From an uncultured Acidobacteriota bacterium (GTDB lineage Bacteria > Acidobacteriota > UBA6911 > RPQK01 > CBDAPI01): a stretch of DNA of 64,000 nucleotides. Location of the stretch: NCBI GenBank assembly GCA_964569605.1, contig CAZMUJ010000071.1, positions 12,313 through 76,312 on the forward strand, written 5' to 3'. Shown here piece by piece: positions 8,951 to 19,547 of the stretch. Positions within the stretch are counted from its first letter, which is position 1; every line of letters starts with the position of its first letter. A model generated the notes under the pieces. The model was not told the DNA's origin. It saw only the letters and a program-made list of their open reading frames with translations, and did not search any database. Position numbers and translations under genes: made by a program.

Positions 8951-10465
8951 TTATTCGACCTCAAGAGTCACAGCCTTGTAGCCCCCCTTAAAACGAAAAT
9001 AAAGGATCAGGCCTAAGTAGCAAAAAAACATAATAAAGGGTAAGATTGCAACCCGCGCCAGAGTACCCTGATTCGTCAGTGCAACTACTTCTTCCACTAT
9101 GCCTTTTTCTCTCTGGTTCAAGGATTCCACCTTTTGTTTATCCAAGGCCTGATAGGTCAACAGAAATTTTTGTTCTTTAGGTAAAACAAGCTGAGCATGA
9201 AGCTCCGGATTCCGTGAGTTCAAGGCATCGTCAATTGATTTGTCTTGTAGAACTCCAAGGAAAGGACTCCCTAACACTCCCACAGCTATCATACCCACAC
9301 CAGCAATAGCATTAAGGGTCAGAGCTCCCCCTTTCGGAAACTGTTCAGAAACAACTCCAAGGGTAGTGGGCCAAAAATAAGTTTTGCCTACACCATAAAA
9401 CGTCGCGGCTAGAAACACTACCAGGGCCACTGACCCAGAGTAAGAAAGCCAAAAAAGCCCGACAGTTGCAATTGCTGCGCAAGAAGCCAGGAGACCCAAT
9501 GGGTTGATTTTGTGAACGATAGGACCAGCAAAGAAACGCAACACAAACATAATGAAAGAGGTGTAAACAAGAACCCAATTTCCTGCATTTTCTCCAAGCG
9601 CTCGAAGTACAGGGGTCATAAGAGAAGCAATCCAGCTGTCCGTTCCTAGTTCCGTGGTGGCTAGAAAAATCATAACCAGCAGCAGAAATATGAACATAGG
9701 TCGCCCAAAACTCTTGACTGTATAGATGAGAATCAAGGTAGGCACTATGGTAAGAACACCAATAAGTAGCGTGGGGAGCGCAAAATCAAAAATATTTCGG
9801 GTTACCTCATCCAGGGCTTTTGCCACAAAGAAAGCTACGATCAAACAGCTTCCCCAACCAAACTCCTGAACCATTTCCAGATAAGAAACTCTGGCCGCCA
9901 CTCGTTCTTGAACAGGCCACTTCTGACCCAACAGCATGAGACCGTAAATCAGAGTAGGAATTAGAAAGAGACCAATCTTGTAACGCCAGACATTTTCCCC
10001 CTCTAGGCCACTCATAGAAATAGCTAGGATGCCCCCTAATACCAGTCCACCTGGCCAACCCGCATGAAGAATGTTCAAGTAATGTGTTTTATTTCTCGGA
10101 AACATGGTAGCTGTAGCCGGGTTTATAACAGCTTCAACCGCACCATTGGCAAGGGCAAAAAGAAAAGTTCCTATATATAAATAGACAAAGGAAGTGGCAC
10201 TCATGGTTATTACTGCAGAAACCACGTGAAGTGACCAAGCAACAACCATAATTCTACCGTAGCCAACCTTATCGATGATCAGGCTGAAAAGAATGATACT
10301 GAGGGCAAATGGGAACAGTCCTGCACCTAGGATAGCTCCTTTTTGAGTCTCAGTAAGGTTAAAGAGCACACCCCACTCATTGAGCAATATAGCTCGGACG
10401 ATGAATCCAAAGGAAGTGGCTACAAGAGAAACAATACAAGCAATAAAAAGGCGGTTAATATGCAT
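8951..10465 (-). CDS. MFS transporter
   Basis: 504-aa polytopic protein of about 12 TM with an MFS-like topology and a charged C-terminal extension. MFS assignment by topology only; no signature motif cited. Confidence 0.55.
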   Translation of the reverse strand: MHINRLFIACIVSLVATSFGFIVRAILLNEWGVLFNLTETQKGAILGAGLFPFALSIILFSLIIDKVGYGRIMVVAWSLHVVSAVITMSATSFVYLYIGTFLFALANGAVEAVINPATATMFPRNKTHYLNILHAGWPGGLVLGGILAISMSGLEGENVWRYKIGLFLIPTLIYGLMLLGQKWPVQERVAARVSYLEMVQEFGWGSCLIVAFFVAKALDEVTRNIFDFALPTLLIGVLTIVPTLILIYTVKSFGRPMFIFLLLVMIFLATTELGTDSWIASLMTPVLRALGENAGNWVLVYTSFIMFVLRFFAGPIVHKINPLGLLASCAAIATVGLFWLSYSGSVALVVFLAATFYGVGKTYFWPTTLGVVSEQFPKGGALTLNAIAGVGMIAVGVLGSPFLGVLQDKSIDDALNSRNPELHAQLVLPKEQKFLLTYQALDKQKVESLNQREKGIVEEVVALTNQGTLARVAILPFIMFFCYLGLILYFRFKGGYKAVTLEVE

Positions 10466-10495
10466 AGAAAATATTCTTTTCTGAGAGAACCCTAT

Positions 10496-11452
10496 TTATG
10501 AATTCTTGCGAATTACACGATCAAGCTCCGCTCTGATGATGTCACAATGCTCTTTTTCTTCAGCAGAAAATTTCAGGAAAATATCTCGACCTCGTGTGTC
10601 TTCAAAACGCTCTGCATACTCCGTGAAAAAAGCATATGCCTCTTTCTCCATTTTCAAGGCCACTTTTAGTGCCCCCTCTTCACTTAGATCCTTGAAAAGA
10701 CCCTTACGAACCGTTTCTTCCGAGGGAAAAATTTCCTCAAGAGACGCAAAATCAAAATGGAGGAAGACTGGTGCCTTTGCGATCTCAGGCACATCTTTAA
10801 ATAATAGGTCCCATTCCAAACGCAGGTGACTAAGATGCCTTTCCTCTTCTTCTAGCATTTCTAGAAAAGCCTTTTTTGTAGAATCAGAAATGGCACAATC
10901 TGCAGCTGATTTGTAAAAACTGATACCCCGCTCTTCGGTAGCCATGGCAATACGAAGGGCATCTCGCTCAAAAACTTTTTCGTTATCAAATAGTTGCATA
11001 GAAGGAATTTGTTTTTCCTGACATTCCTTGCAAATTCCATAGATCTGTAACCGCTGTTGTACAGGAACAAGTCCATACTCCGAAGCAATACTAGATTGCA
11101 ACTCTTCTAGTTCAGGACTGAAGAACTCAATAGTCTTATGGCATTCCTGACATACAATGTGGTGGTGTTTTGGACGACGATAGAGTCTTTCAAAGCGGAT
11201 TCTTCCATCGTTTAAATCAGTTTCTCTAGCCAGCCCACACTCGGTCAAAGCCTTGAGTGTTCTAAATACCGTGGTGTATCCAATGCCAGCATCCTTTCGC
11301 CTCGTCGCTTCGTAAAGCTCGTCAGCACTCAAATGACCGTTGATATGCAAAAATGTCTCCAAAATGAGACGTCGTTGTCGTGTCATTTTTAGATTATTTT
11401 GCTTTAGATATTCTGAGAAAATCTCGAGGTATTGCTCGTTACTCTGGCCCAT
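10496..11452 (-). CDS. Fur-family (PerR/Fur-like) transcriptional regulator fused to a C-terminal ferritin/rubrerythrin-like di-iron domain
   Basis: N-terminal wHTH plus Fur metal-site motifs (HHHIVCQEC ... GICKEC). The C-terminal roughly 165 aa is a four-helix bundle with two E...ExxH pairs (ATEE/EEERH and MEKE/EEKEH). Confidence 0.7.
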   Translation of the reverse strand: MGQSNEQYLEIFSEYLKQNNLKMTRQRRLILETFLHINGHLSADELYEATRRKDAGIGYTTVFRTLKALTECGLARETDLNDGRIRFERLYRRPKHHHIVCQECHKTIEFFSPELEELQSSIASEYGLVPVQQRLQIYGICKECQEKQIPSMQLFDNEKVFERDALRIAMATEERGISFYKSAADCAISDSTKKAFLEMLEEEERHLSHLRLEWDLLFKDVPEIAKAPVFLHFDFASLEEIFPSEETVRKGLFKDLSEEGALKVALKMEKEAYAFFTEYAERFEDTRGRDIFLKFSAEEKEHCDIIRAELDRVIRKNS

Positions 11453-11536
11453 ATCAAAGTCACTTTATTTGTTTTATATTAAAGTATTGTGGCAGTATCT
11501 GCTCAATTCTGGAAAATTTTTAGGAGAAAAATAAAT
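11453..11536. promoter_or_regulatory. divergent promoter region between the Fur-fusion regulator and ferredoxin
   Basis: 84-bp AT-rich gap shared by divergent genes. This is the likely autoregulatory operator location, but no clear Fur-box palindrome was identified by eye. Confidence 0.3.
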
Positions 11537-11890
11537 ATGCCAACACTCGATATCGAAGGATTTGAAGCAGTTAAAACAGAAAACGGGACGCGCCTGGTGC
11601 TAGCGATTGCAGATGCGGGAATAGATATTATGCATGCCTGTGGGGGAAATGCCCGGTGTACAACCTGTAGGGTTGAGATCTTAAAAGGTGAACCAGAGAA
11701 AATTACAGTCGCCGAAAAAAATAAGCTTGCCGAGCGAGGGTTGTCTGGCATGCGACTTTCATGCCAGATTCAATGCCTCAATGATATGAAGTTGAGGGTA
11801 ATTCATCGATTATCAGATACAGGTCGCCCGGATCCGGGACAACGACCCTCTCAAAATATCACCCCAAAACCAGAGTGGTCTCAAGATTAA
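11537..11890 (+). CDS. [2Fe-2S] ferredoxin, adrenodoxin/putidaredoxin type
   Basis: Cys ligand pattern C-x5-C-x2-C ... C (ACGGNARCTTCRV ... SCQIQC). Start chosen at MPTLD preceded by ggagaaaaataaat (candidate SD). Confidence 0.75.
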   Translation: MPTLDIEGFEAVKTENGTRLVLAIADAGIDIMHACGGNARCTTCRVEILKGEPEKITVAEKNKLAERGLSGMRLSCQIQCLNDMKLRVIHRLSDTGRPDPGQRPSQNITPKPEWSQD

Positions 11891-12115
11891 ATATCATTTC
11901 GGAGAGGTAGGTCGATGGCATACACTCTAGCAACGTAGTCACATCAAAATAACGATTTTACTGTACCGAAAAAAGGGTGTGAGCTTGACATGAAATTACT
12001 AGACCTAGCACCTTCCTCATTTCAAGGAGAGAATCTATTACAAAAAAATAGGTGCAAGCCTAGCCTTAACTAGGTTAAGAGCCAACCAAGCATGAATCTA
12101 GTTGGTAAACTGAAA

Positions 12116-13030
12116 TCAGACAGCATACTTGTCCCGGAGGACATTCAAGAAACGGATTGAGTCAGCTGTCACATCCCATGCATCTGGCCAGAAACAGAGA
12201 TCTACGGTCCACCAGTCCGTAGGACATCCACAAGAGAGTATCTCTGGTATTAACTCATCAAAATTAAGCACACCAGTCCCAAAAGGATTGTGGGTTGACG
12301 TCTCCTCACCATGAAGTGTTCCATCCGAGTCTATCAAGTGGAGATGTCCGATTTTATTGCGAAGTTTTCGGAGTAGTTCGAGAGCACCCCCAGACAAAAT
12401 TTCTTTTTCCCCGGGCTGGCGAGCCCCAACACTAGCACACATATGTGCATGGCAGGTATCATATAGGACACCAAAATTATAGTGTCCAGCATCCCTCATT
12501 TCATCCACAATAGAGATTATTTCGCTCGGTTTGTTAAAAACAAACCCAGGCTCAAACTCCCATACCAAACGGATGCCTCGATCTGCCGCTAAGCGGCAGC
12601 AGGATCCCCAGGTTCGAATGATTCTATCCCGGCCTGTAAGTGGATCGATTCCTGTTGTTTCAAAGACATCTGGAGGTTCAACGGTATCCACACGGATCAG
12701 GTCAATACCCAAATCCTCAGCAAAAAAGAGATTCTTTGCAAACTCTGCTATATAAGGCCCACTGTCCTCAACACTCGGCAGTTTTTGCATCCAAAGATTG
12801 GCAGCTAAGCCTGAGAACTCCAATCCATTGTCCTCAACCATGCGCCTAAGCTTTTTTCGCCTAGCTGGAGTATTGTGACTATCTGGGTTCGGATGTGGTG
12901 AAAATGCTCCAAATTCCACTCCATCCATTCCAAGCTTGCTCAATGTTTCTACAACAGTTGTAAAACCAATAGGATTCTTCTCGTAAGGCCCAAAACAGTA
13001 GGCCCAGCTTCCAATCGATAATTTTGTCAT
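12116..13030 (-). CDS. sugar phosphate isomerase/epimerase (xylose isomerase-like TIM barrel)
   Basis: 304-aa AP-endonuclease-2/xylose-isomerase-like TIM barrel. Its stop overlaps the start of the Gfo/Idh/MocA gene by 4 nt. Confidence 0.65.
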   Translation of the reverse strand: MTKLSIGSWAYCFGPYEKNPIGFTTVVETLSKLGMDGVEFGAFSPHPNPDSHNTPARRKKLRRMVEDNGLEFSGLAANLWMQKLPSVEDSGPYIAEFAKNLFFAEDLGIDLIRVDTVEPPDVFETTGIDPLTGRDRIIRTWGSCCRLAADRGIRLVWEFEPGFVFNKPSEIISIVDEMRDAGHYNFGVLYDTCHAHMCASVGARQPGEKEILSGGALELLRKLRNKIGHLHLIDSDGTLHGEETSTHNPFGTGVLNFDELIPEILSCGCPTDWWTVDLCFWPDAWDVTADSIRFLNVLRDKYAV

Positions 13031-14019
13031 TTTGACTCCTTTCCCATTTCAATAATTCTACCCTGCAGCACTGAGGCTTCCATCTTCTCAATCATCTCTT
13101 GGGCAACAATTGCATCCTCTAATGTGGAAAGTGGAGCTTCTCCTTTACGAACACATCTATTCAGAAAGAAATCAACCTCATTTCGTATTGATTCGAAATA
13201 GGCCGTATAGGTTTGTGAATGAGCTGCCTGTGGAGCCAACACTACCCAATCCCGATAACTATAACGGGTTGAACCACCAGTACCAATAACCCGGATTTGA
13301 ACCGTCCATGGATCGGACGAATGGTCATCAGCCGCAAAGCTAGCACAAAAATGAGCTAGTGCCCCATTATTCAGTTCCAGATTGACCATGGCAATATCCT
13401 CGCGATCAAGGTTCTCATAGTGGCGGATACTCTTGAGAGCGCACAAACGTTTTACAGATCCGGCCAAAAACAAGAGAATATAGCAGTGGTGCGTAAGGAT
13501 CTGGCGAATCACTCCAGGAAAACGGCGTGCAACTTCCTCTGCATGATGAATATTATAAAGGACATACACTGAGACCAGCTTTCCCAGGTCTCCTCGCTCA
13601 ATCAAGTCACGAGTGCGGGTGATTCCTTCCTCGTAAATGTAATTGTGTCCAGGGATACATATCAACCCTCTCTCTTCTGCTAAGCACTTGATTTTCCGAA
13701 TTTCTTCAGTGCTGGTTCCCACTGGTTTCTCAACGAGGACATGTTTTCCAGCTTCTAGCGCTAAGCTTGCATAATGAAAGTGTGTCTCTAGGTTTGTAAG
13801 AACAAAAACTACTTCAATGGATGAATCTCCAAGAAGTTCTTCATGGGAATTATAGGAACGGCATTTAAATTGAGCTGCCTTGGCTGCACCTCGAGAAGCA
13901 GTTCGATTCCACAAACCCTTTAGCTCTGCACCTTTGCAGGCAAGAACCGCCCGAGCATGCTGATCAGCAACATCGCCAGCACCTAGAAAGCCAACTCCTA
14001 GAGTTTTTGAAGAAAACAT
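13027..14019 (-). CDS. Gfo/Idh/MocA family NAD(P)-dependent oxidoreductase
   Basis: N-terminal Rossmann motif GFLGAGDVA and a conserved EKP motif (VLVEKPVG). Confidence 0.75.
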   Translation of the reverse strand: MFSSKTLGVGFLGAGDVADQHARAVLACKGAELKGLWNRTASRGAAKAAQFKCRSYNSHEELLGDSSIEVVFVLTNLETHFHYASLALEAGKHVLVEKPVGTSTEEIRKIKCLAEERGLICIPGHNYIYEEGITRTRDLIERGDLGKLVSVYVLYNIHHAEEVARRFPGVIRQILTHHCYILLFLAGSVKRLCALKSIRHYENLDREDIAMVNLELNNGALAHFCASFAADDHSSDPWTVQIRVIGTGGSTRYSYRDWVVLAPQAAHSQTYTAYFESIRNEVDFFLNRCVRKGEAPLSTLEDAIVAQEMIEKMEASVLQGRIIEMGKESK

Positions 14020-14225
14020 TTTACAAGCTCCGGCACTCTACAAAACTAGACTGCAAGATTTCCGATTCTGCTATATCATCTACTGTTTAGCAAGAAGTTC
14101 ATTTTGGACAACCTCTCCGGATCAATGTCAGGGCCCCGAAAATTCTAAAAATTAAAACCCGGGGGAAAGCGTCCTGTTCTGTAATTTAATGATTGTTTTC
14201 CCTGTCAACCTCCAAAACCCAAAAC

Positions 14226-15848
14226 CTATTCCTTGCACTGCCAAGCAGTTAATTCACCTAACTGCATTCCATTCAGTCTTGTCAAATCTCGTGCCCAGGG
14301 CCTGCCGAGTCGCCAATCGGTTCTTCCGCAAGGAAAACTGTTTTCCAGTGACTCTCGTGTCCATCCAGATCCAAGCTGGTGAAACCTCCGGAGATCAGTA
14401 ACCGCCACTCCAAGATAAAAGAGCTGGACGTGACTCCCTCCACCGTATCCACCTCTTAAGAACAAAGTTGGGCCTGTGTGATCAACATCCGTTTGGAGAA
14501 AAGCAGAAGAAAGGGTTGGAACTTCAATCCTGGAAAAGTCTTGATCATTTAAAATTCCGTAAAACTTTCGCACTTGTTTTACCATACTCAACCGATCAAG
14601 CGTTATCGAACATGCAAGTAGAGTAAAAAAAATTAACATTGCTACTATCGACAATCTGCTTAACCGACGAACCCACTGTTTGTTAGCCGTCAAAACATAT
14701 GCAATTGTGCTACTTCCCATTAGAGCTAGTCCGGGCAGACAAGAAGCAAGATATCTAGAATAGAATTTTTCTGGGAAACTAACAATTATTACCCCGAATA
14801 CAAGAAGAAGAGCGCCCAACTGAAATCCCCTAGAGGAGCGCACAGGCTTAAAAACAAATCCTACTATGCTCAGTAACAGAAACGAAAATCTCAGTTTAGA
14901 CTCTGTCCAATGAAAAGAATCCAGAACCTCCAAGCGACTTCCGAATCGTAGGTTGTCGCCACCCACCAAAGAAGCCTTCTGGTAAAGAAAATCAGCAAAT
15001 CCAAAGAAAGGTGTAGTCCAGAGGGGGGGGAAACATACAATAAACACAACCCATCCAACCATACAAAACAGCAAAAACCGTATAATTTCTTTTTGCCCTT
15101 TGTCACAAACTGTTGTGTTTTTAGATTGGCGGGAAAAGAAAATTTGAATTGCAGAGTATGCCAATGCTGCTAGCATCACGACAGCAGCATTTACACGGGT
15201 TGCAAAGGCAAGACCGAAAACTATCCCAGACAACACATAAAGGATCAGAGAATCCCGCTTATGCCCTAAGGCATATAGCATTAAAGCAACTGGAATTGTA
15301 AAGGTCAAAAAGGACTCGAGGTGCGCCCTGCTTCCCATCTCCAAAAAAATTGGATCAAAGATCAGATATAAAAAAAACCACAGCTGCCCGATCCGACTAA
15401 GACCAAGCCGACCCGCTAACATTAGCAGCAATAAGGGGGTGAGAACGCTACACGCAATGTGAAATAGTCGTGATAAAAATATCTCTATCAGTACCTGGTC
15501 GATATCGTCTAGGTCAGCGAACAGTTCCATAAATAAGCGACCAAATCCAGTCAAAAAGGCAGTGCCAAAACCGTTGCCAATATATGAATTGAAAATTGTC
15601 CGCTGACCTTCTTCCCCTTGGACCGACCAGTGACTTTCCTGTAAAGCTTCCCAATTACCTTCTGATAGAGCTTGCAAGAGGAAATCTCCTCTTGCCATCC
15701 AAAAAGGCTCATCAAAATGAACTAAAGCCCCCAACCCTGTTGCCAAACGAAGGATCAATAAAAGAAAAAAGAAAAATATAAAAATGGCATTCCAGTTCCG
15801 ATTTTGCATAGCATGTTGGAAAATACGTGAGAAGTATGGTGACATCAA
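14226..15848 (-). CDS. GT-C family glycosyltransferase (ArnT/PMT, GT39/GT83-like)
   Basis: 540-aa polytopic membrane protein with an N-terminal DE-containing loop motif (HFDEPFW), typical of ArnT/PMT-type undecaprenyl- or dolichyl-phosphate-sugar transferases. Confidence 0.6.
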   Translation of the reverse strand: MMSPYFSRIFQHAMQNRNWNAIFIFFFFLLLILRLATGLGALVHFDEPFWMARGDFLLQALSEGNWEALQESHWSVQGEEGQRTIFNSYIGNGFGTAFLTGFGRLFMELFADLDDIDQVLIEIFLSRLFHIACSVLTPLLLLMLAGRLGLSRIGQLWFFLYLIFDPIFLEMGSRAHLESFLTFTIPVALMLYALGHKRDSLILYVLSGIVFGLAFATRVNAAVVMLAALAYSAIQIFFSRQSKNTTVCDKGQKEIIRFLLFCMVGWVVFIVCFPPLWTTPFFGFADFLYQKASLVGGDNLRFGSRLEVLDSFHWTESKLRFSFLLLSIVGFVFKPVRSSRGFQLGALLLVFGVIIVSFPEKFYSRYLASCLPGLALMGSSTIAYVLTANKQWVRRLSRLSIVAMLIFFTLLACSITLDRLSMVKQVRKFYGILNDQDFSRIEVPTLSSAFLQTDVDHTGPTLFLRGGYGGGSHVQLFYLGVAVTDLRRFHQLGSGWTRESLENSFPCGRTDWRLGRPWARDLTRLNGMQLGELTAWQCKE

Positions 15849-17038
15849 GACAATGGATTCTAACCGATTCCCCTAAAAATATCTGGGTTGATGAGTGGAA
15901 AATAACTTCATCTGAATTAGGAATCAAAGGGAAAAGCTTTTCGATCAGCAAGACCACCCTGCGGGCTGGGCTAACTGAAGGGGTCGATGCAATTGAGGTA
16001 AACAACGGAGATTTCAACTTCACAATTCTTCCCACGAGAGGAATGTCTATATGGAGAGGTTCTTATTGTGGGCTGGGGCTGGGCTGGGAATCTCCCATAG
16101 CCGGACCTGTCCATCCCAAGTTTGTCGATTTACTAGACCACTCTGGGTTGGGATGGCTAAAGGGTTTTGACGAGTGGATCGTCCGATGTGGCCTAGGATC
16201 TAATGGTGCGCCTTGTAGTGACATGGTCCCGGATAATAACGGCAATCCCTGTAAGGTTTTTCTCAACCTTCATGGCAAAATCGCTAACATTCCCGCCCAT
16301 TATGTTGAAGTTCAGGTTCAATTAGAAGAACCACATACCATCACTGTGACTGGCCATGTCAATGAATCCATGTTGTTTTCTCCTCGGCTGCAACTACAGA
16401 CACGTATAAAAACATGGCCAAATTCAAATCAAGTCCTGATTGAGGATAGCGTGGTAAACAAGGGAGCCACTACTGCCGAATTCGAACTTCTATACCACTG
16501 TAACTTTGGGCCTCCTTTTTTAGAAGCCGGATCTCAATTAGTTGCACCCCTAAAGACCGTCTACCCCCGTGACGCTCAAGCTGTTAAGAACATTGCCTCA
16601 TTCGCAGATTATTCAGGACCAAAAGCAGGTTTTATAGAACAAGTATATTGGCTTGAAACAAACAACAATGAAAATGGGGATACTCTGGCAATGTTAAAAA
16701 GCGCTGACTCAAAAAAAGCGGTCGCTATTCGCTTCAATTGCAACCAACTTCCTTTTCTGACCCTTTGGAAAAATACTGCGGCCCTAGAGGATGGATACGT
16801 TACTGGAATAGAGCCGGGCACCGATTATCCCAATTCCCGTCCCTTCGAACGGGCAAAAGGAAGATTGGCAATTTTAGATCCTGGCAAATCTTTTGATTGC
16901 CAGATAGGGATTGAGGTTTGTGCCAATGCTTCGGCAACAGCCCAGCTTGAAAAAGAAGTACGAGAAATATCCCAAGAACCGATTCAGGTCAATAAGTCTC
17001 CCCATCCAGATCTGTCATCTGAAGGATTACAGAACTAG
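15827..17038 (+). CDS. DUF4432/aldose-1-epimerase-like protein (tentative)
   Basis: 403-aa soluble protein with a mutarotase-like His/Gly pattern (LHGKIANIPAHY). Weak call. Its start overlaps the divergent glycosyltransferase start. Confidence 0.3.
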   Translation: MRSMVTSRQWILTDSPKNIWVDEWKITSSELGIKGKSFSISKTTLRAGLTEGVDAIEVNNGDFNFTILPTRGMSIWRGSYCGLGLGWESPIAGPVHPKFVDLLDHSGLGWLKGFDEWIVRCGLGSNGAPCSDMVPDNNGNPCKVFLNLHGKIANIPAHYVEVQVQLEEPHTITVTGHVNESMLFSPRLQLQTRIKTWPNSNQVLIEDSVVNKGATTAEFELLYHCNFGPPFLEAGSQLVAPLKTVYPRDAQAVKNIASFADYSGPKAGFIEQVYWLETNNNENGDTLAMLKSADSKKAVAIRFNCNQLPFLTLWKNTAALEDGYVTGIEPGTDYPNSRPFERAKGRLAILDPGKSFDCQIGIEVCANASATAQLEKEVREISQEPIQVNKSPHPDLSSEGLQN

Positions 17039-17043
17039 AGTCT

Positions 17044-18132
17044 TTAAGGGAGTGTCGGTTTTTGTATATTGTAATCGACATCTAGAGCATTTAAAAAAGC
17101 CAGCAAATCTTGCTTGTCCTGGTCTGTGAGGCTTGCTTTTCTTGTTTCTGCTAAGTTTTCCTCGTCAAGCCACTGGTTGGCTATGCCTCCACTTAGCATT
17201 AGGTCAACAGCCTCTTCCAACGTAGCTATACTTCCATTGTGAAAATAAGGGGCTGATTTACTAACATCTAATAGAGTAGGTGTTTTGAACGCTCCCATAT
17301 CCTTATCCTGTCCACTGACCTTCTTGCGGCCAATATCAGGATTGTCTGTATCCATCCCAATGCCGATATTGTGGTATTGCATATCCGTTAATAGGATGGA
17401 ATCGTGACAGTTTGTGCAATGCGCCTTTTTATTGAAAACCTGCCAACCTCTTCTCTCTTGTTCACTAAAAGCACCTTCTTCACCGTTTTGGAAACGGGCC
17501 CATCTTGACTGATCAGCCACCAAAGTTCGCATAAATGCAGCGATAGCATAAGCAACGTTGTCAGGATTGGCAACAGACCCGAAAACTAGCGAAAATTGTT
17601 GTTGATATCCCTTAATCTGGTTTAGTTTCGAACTAATGTCTTCCATGCTAGGAGCCCCCTCTTTGCCAGAAGCCCCCATGTTTCCTCCACTCCAAGCTCC
17701 TTTCACTTGTTTTTCCAAAGCCTTTGAACGGCCGTCCCAGTACAGCTCATTGTAATAACCTACGTTCCACATTGTTGGAGCCGAACGGGTTAAAAGTTTT
17801 TCAAAGGCTCCTATAGCAACTGGCTTGCCATCAGTTAATCCATGTTCCTTGAGGTGACATCCATAGCAAGAACGCTTTCCATCTCCGCTCAACCGGGGAT
17901 CGTAGTAGAGTTGCTTTCCGAGCTCAACCTTAGCCACCGTCATCGGATTACTTGAGGGAACACCCATCAACTCATAACCAGGCAGCGCAGGCCAAACTAC
18001 AACAGGCTCAGGTTCTAAAGTAGCGTCCCATGTACATCCAAAGAAAAGAAACAAAACCAAAAAAAATGGTGGAGTTATAAAATGCAGTCTTTTGATCTTC
18101 ATAAACTCTAATTTATTTTCCTTTACAGACAT
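17044..18132 (-). CDS. di-haem cytochrome c peroxidase (CCP/MauG family)
   Basis: Signal peptide and two CxxCH haem motifs (CYGCH, CTNCH) at a spacing typical of bacterial CCP. Confidence 0.8.
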   Translation of the reverse strand: MSVKENKLEFMKIKRLHFITPPFFLVLFLFFGCTWDATLEPEPVVVWPALPGYELMGVPSSNPMTVAKVELGKQLYYDPRLSGDGKRSCYGCHLKEHGLTDGKPVAIGAFEKLLTRSAPTMWNVGYYNELYWDGRSKALEKQVKGAWSGGNMGASGKEGAPSMEDISSKLNQIKGYQQQFSLVFGSVANPDNVAYAIAAFMRTLVADQSRWARFQNGEEGAFSEQERRGWQVFNKKAHCTNCHDSILLTDMQYHNIGIGMDTDNPDIGRKKVSGQDKDMGAFKTPTLLDVSKSAPYFHNGSIATLEEAVDLMLSGGIANQWLDEENLAETRKASLTDQDKQDLLAFLNALDVDYNIQKPTLP

Positions 18133-18305
18133 TCGACAATATTCTATCTAGTGTAATGGATACCGCCCGACATTAAAGAGAAAATCGATTGCCAAAACAC
18201 CTCGATCAATAATTCTCGAGTCTGGCAATGTAAAATATGAGATGAATACCTTAAAATTAAGTAGGGAATGAAACCATTGGCTTCCTTAGGCGGGCAATTA
18301 ATACT

Positions 18306-19547
18306 GTGAGTAAAAATAGTACCCAGCAGACTATAGATGAACAATTATTGTACCTTAGTAAAGGAACAGCCGAAGTCATAAGTAATCGAGAGCTACGGAT
18401 CAAGCTCAAAAAATCCGAACGTACAGGCCAACCCTTAACTCTCAAAGTTGGATTTGACCCTACGGCACCTGACCTTCATCTAGGACATACTGTCTTACTC
18501 CGAAAGATGAAACACTTTCAGAATCTGGGCCATAAAGTCATTTTCCTCATTGGAGACTTCACCGGGTTAATCGGTGACCCCACGGGCCGTAACAAAACTC
18601 GTCCTCCTCTTTCCAGGCAGGAGATTGAAGCAAACGCAGAAACGTACAAAACCCAGGTGTTTAAAATCTTAGACCCTGAAAAAACAGTTGTTGATTTCAA
18701 CAGTCGATGGCTAAGCAATTTCAGCTCTCAAGAATGGATCCGACTTGCCGCCAGGTACACCTTGGCCCGAATGCTGGAGCGAGATGACTTTAGTCGAAGA
18801 ATGGCTAACCAAAAACCCATCTCTATTCATGAACTTCTTTACCCATTGGCTCAAGCTTATGACAGTGTGTTTTTAAAAGCCGATATTGAGCTAGGAGGAA
18901 CTGATCAGAAATTCAACTTGCTTGTCGGTCGCAACATCCAGCGTGAATACGGCATGGAACCCCAGGTCCTGCTAACAACTCCTATTCTCGAAGGATTGGA
19001 CGGAACCGAGAAAATGAGTAAATCGCTGGACAATTATGTTGGTATCGCCGAATCTCCCATCAATATGTATGGAAAGATTATGTCTATAAGTGATGATTTG
19101 ATGTGGCGTTATTATGAACTACTAACCGATTACACAATGGCGCAGATTCAACATTTCCAGCACAAGATCAAAATTGATAAGCTGCATCCCATGGATGCCA
19201 AACATATGCTTGCTTCACACATTGTTTCCGACTTCCATTCCGACACAGCTGCTAAAGAAGCATGCAAACATTTTTCTGAGGTTGTTCAGCAACAAAAATT
19301 TCCAGATGAAATTCCTGAGTATCCACTAAAGTCATCCGGATCCCCTCACAGGCTTGTCGACATCCTACTTAGGGCATCATTTGTCGCCTCTAAGGCTCAG
19401 GCCAAAAGGTTGATCCGGCAGGGTGGAATAACGGTTAATCGTGAAAAAGTAGAGGATCCTGCTCTAACACTCGATCCGAAACAAGATCAGAGTTTCGTCA
19501 TAAAAGTCGGCAAGAGGAAATTTGGGCGTTTTATTTTTCAAGACTAA
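18306..19547 (+). CDS. tyrS: tyrosyl-tRNA synthetase
   Basis: Class I motifs HLGH (PDLHLGHTV) and KMSKS, with a C-terminal S4-like domain. Confidence 0.9.
   Translation: MSKNSTQQTIDEQLLYLSKGTAEVISNRELRIKLKKSERTGQPLTLKVGFDPTAPDLHLGHTVLLRKMKHFQNLGHKVIFLIGDFTGLIGDPTGRNKTRPPLSRQEIEANAETYKTQVFKILDPEKTVVDFNSRWLSNFSSQEWIRLAARYTLARMLERDDFSRRMANQKPISIHELLYPLAQAYDSVFLKADIELGGTDQKFNLLVGRNIQREYGMEPQVLLTTPILEGLDGTEKMSKSLDNYVGIAESPINMYGKIMSISDDLMWRYYELLTDYTMAQIQHFQHKIKIDKLHPMDAKHMLASHIVSDFHSDTAAKEACKHFSEVVQQQKFPDEIPEYPLKSSGSPHRLVDILLRASFVASKAQAKRLIRQGGITVNREKVEDPALTLDPKQDQSFVIKVGKRKFGRFIFQD

Noticed and set aside
12129-12849. Small plus-strand ORFs (61-74 aa) inside the sugar phosphate isomerase gene
   Set aside because: They are embedded antisense to a conserved TIM-barrel gene, so likely spurious.
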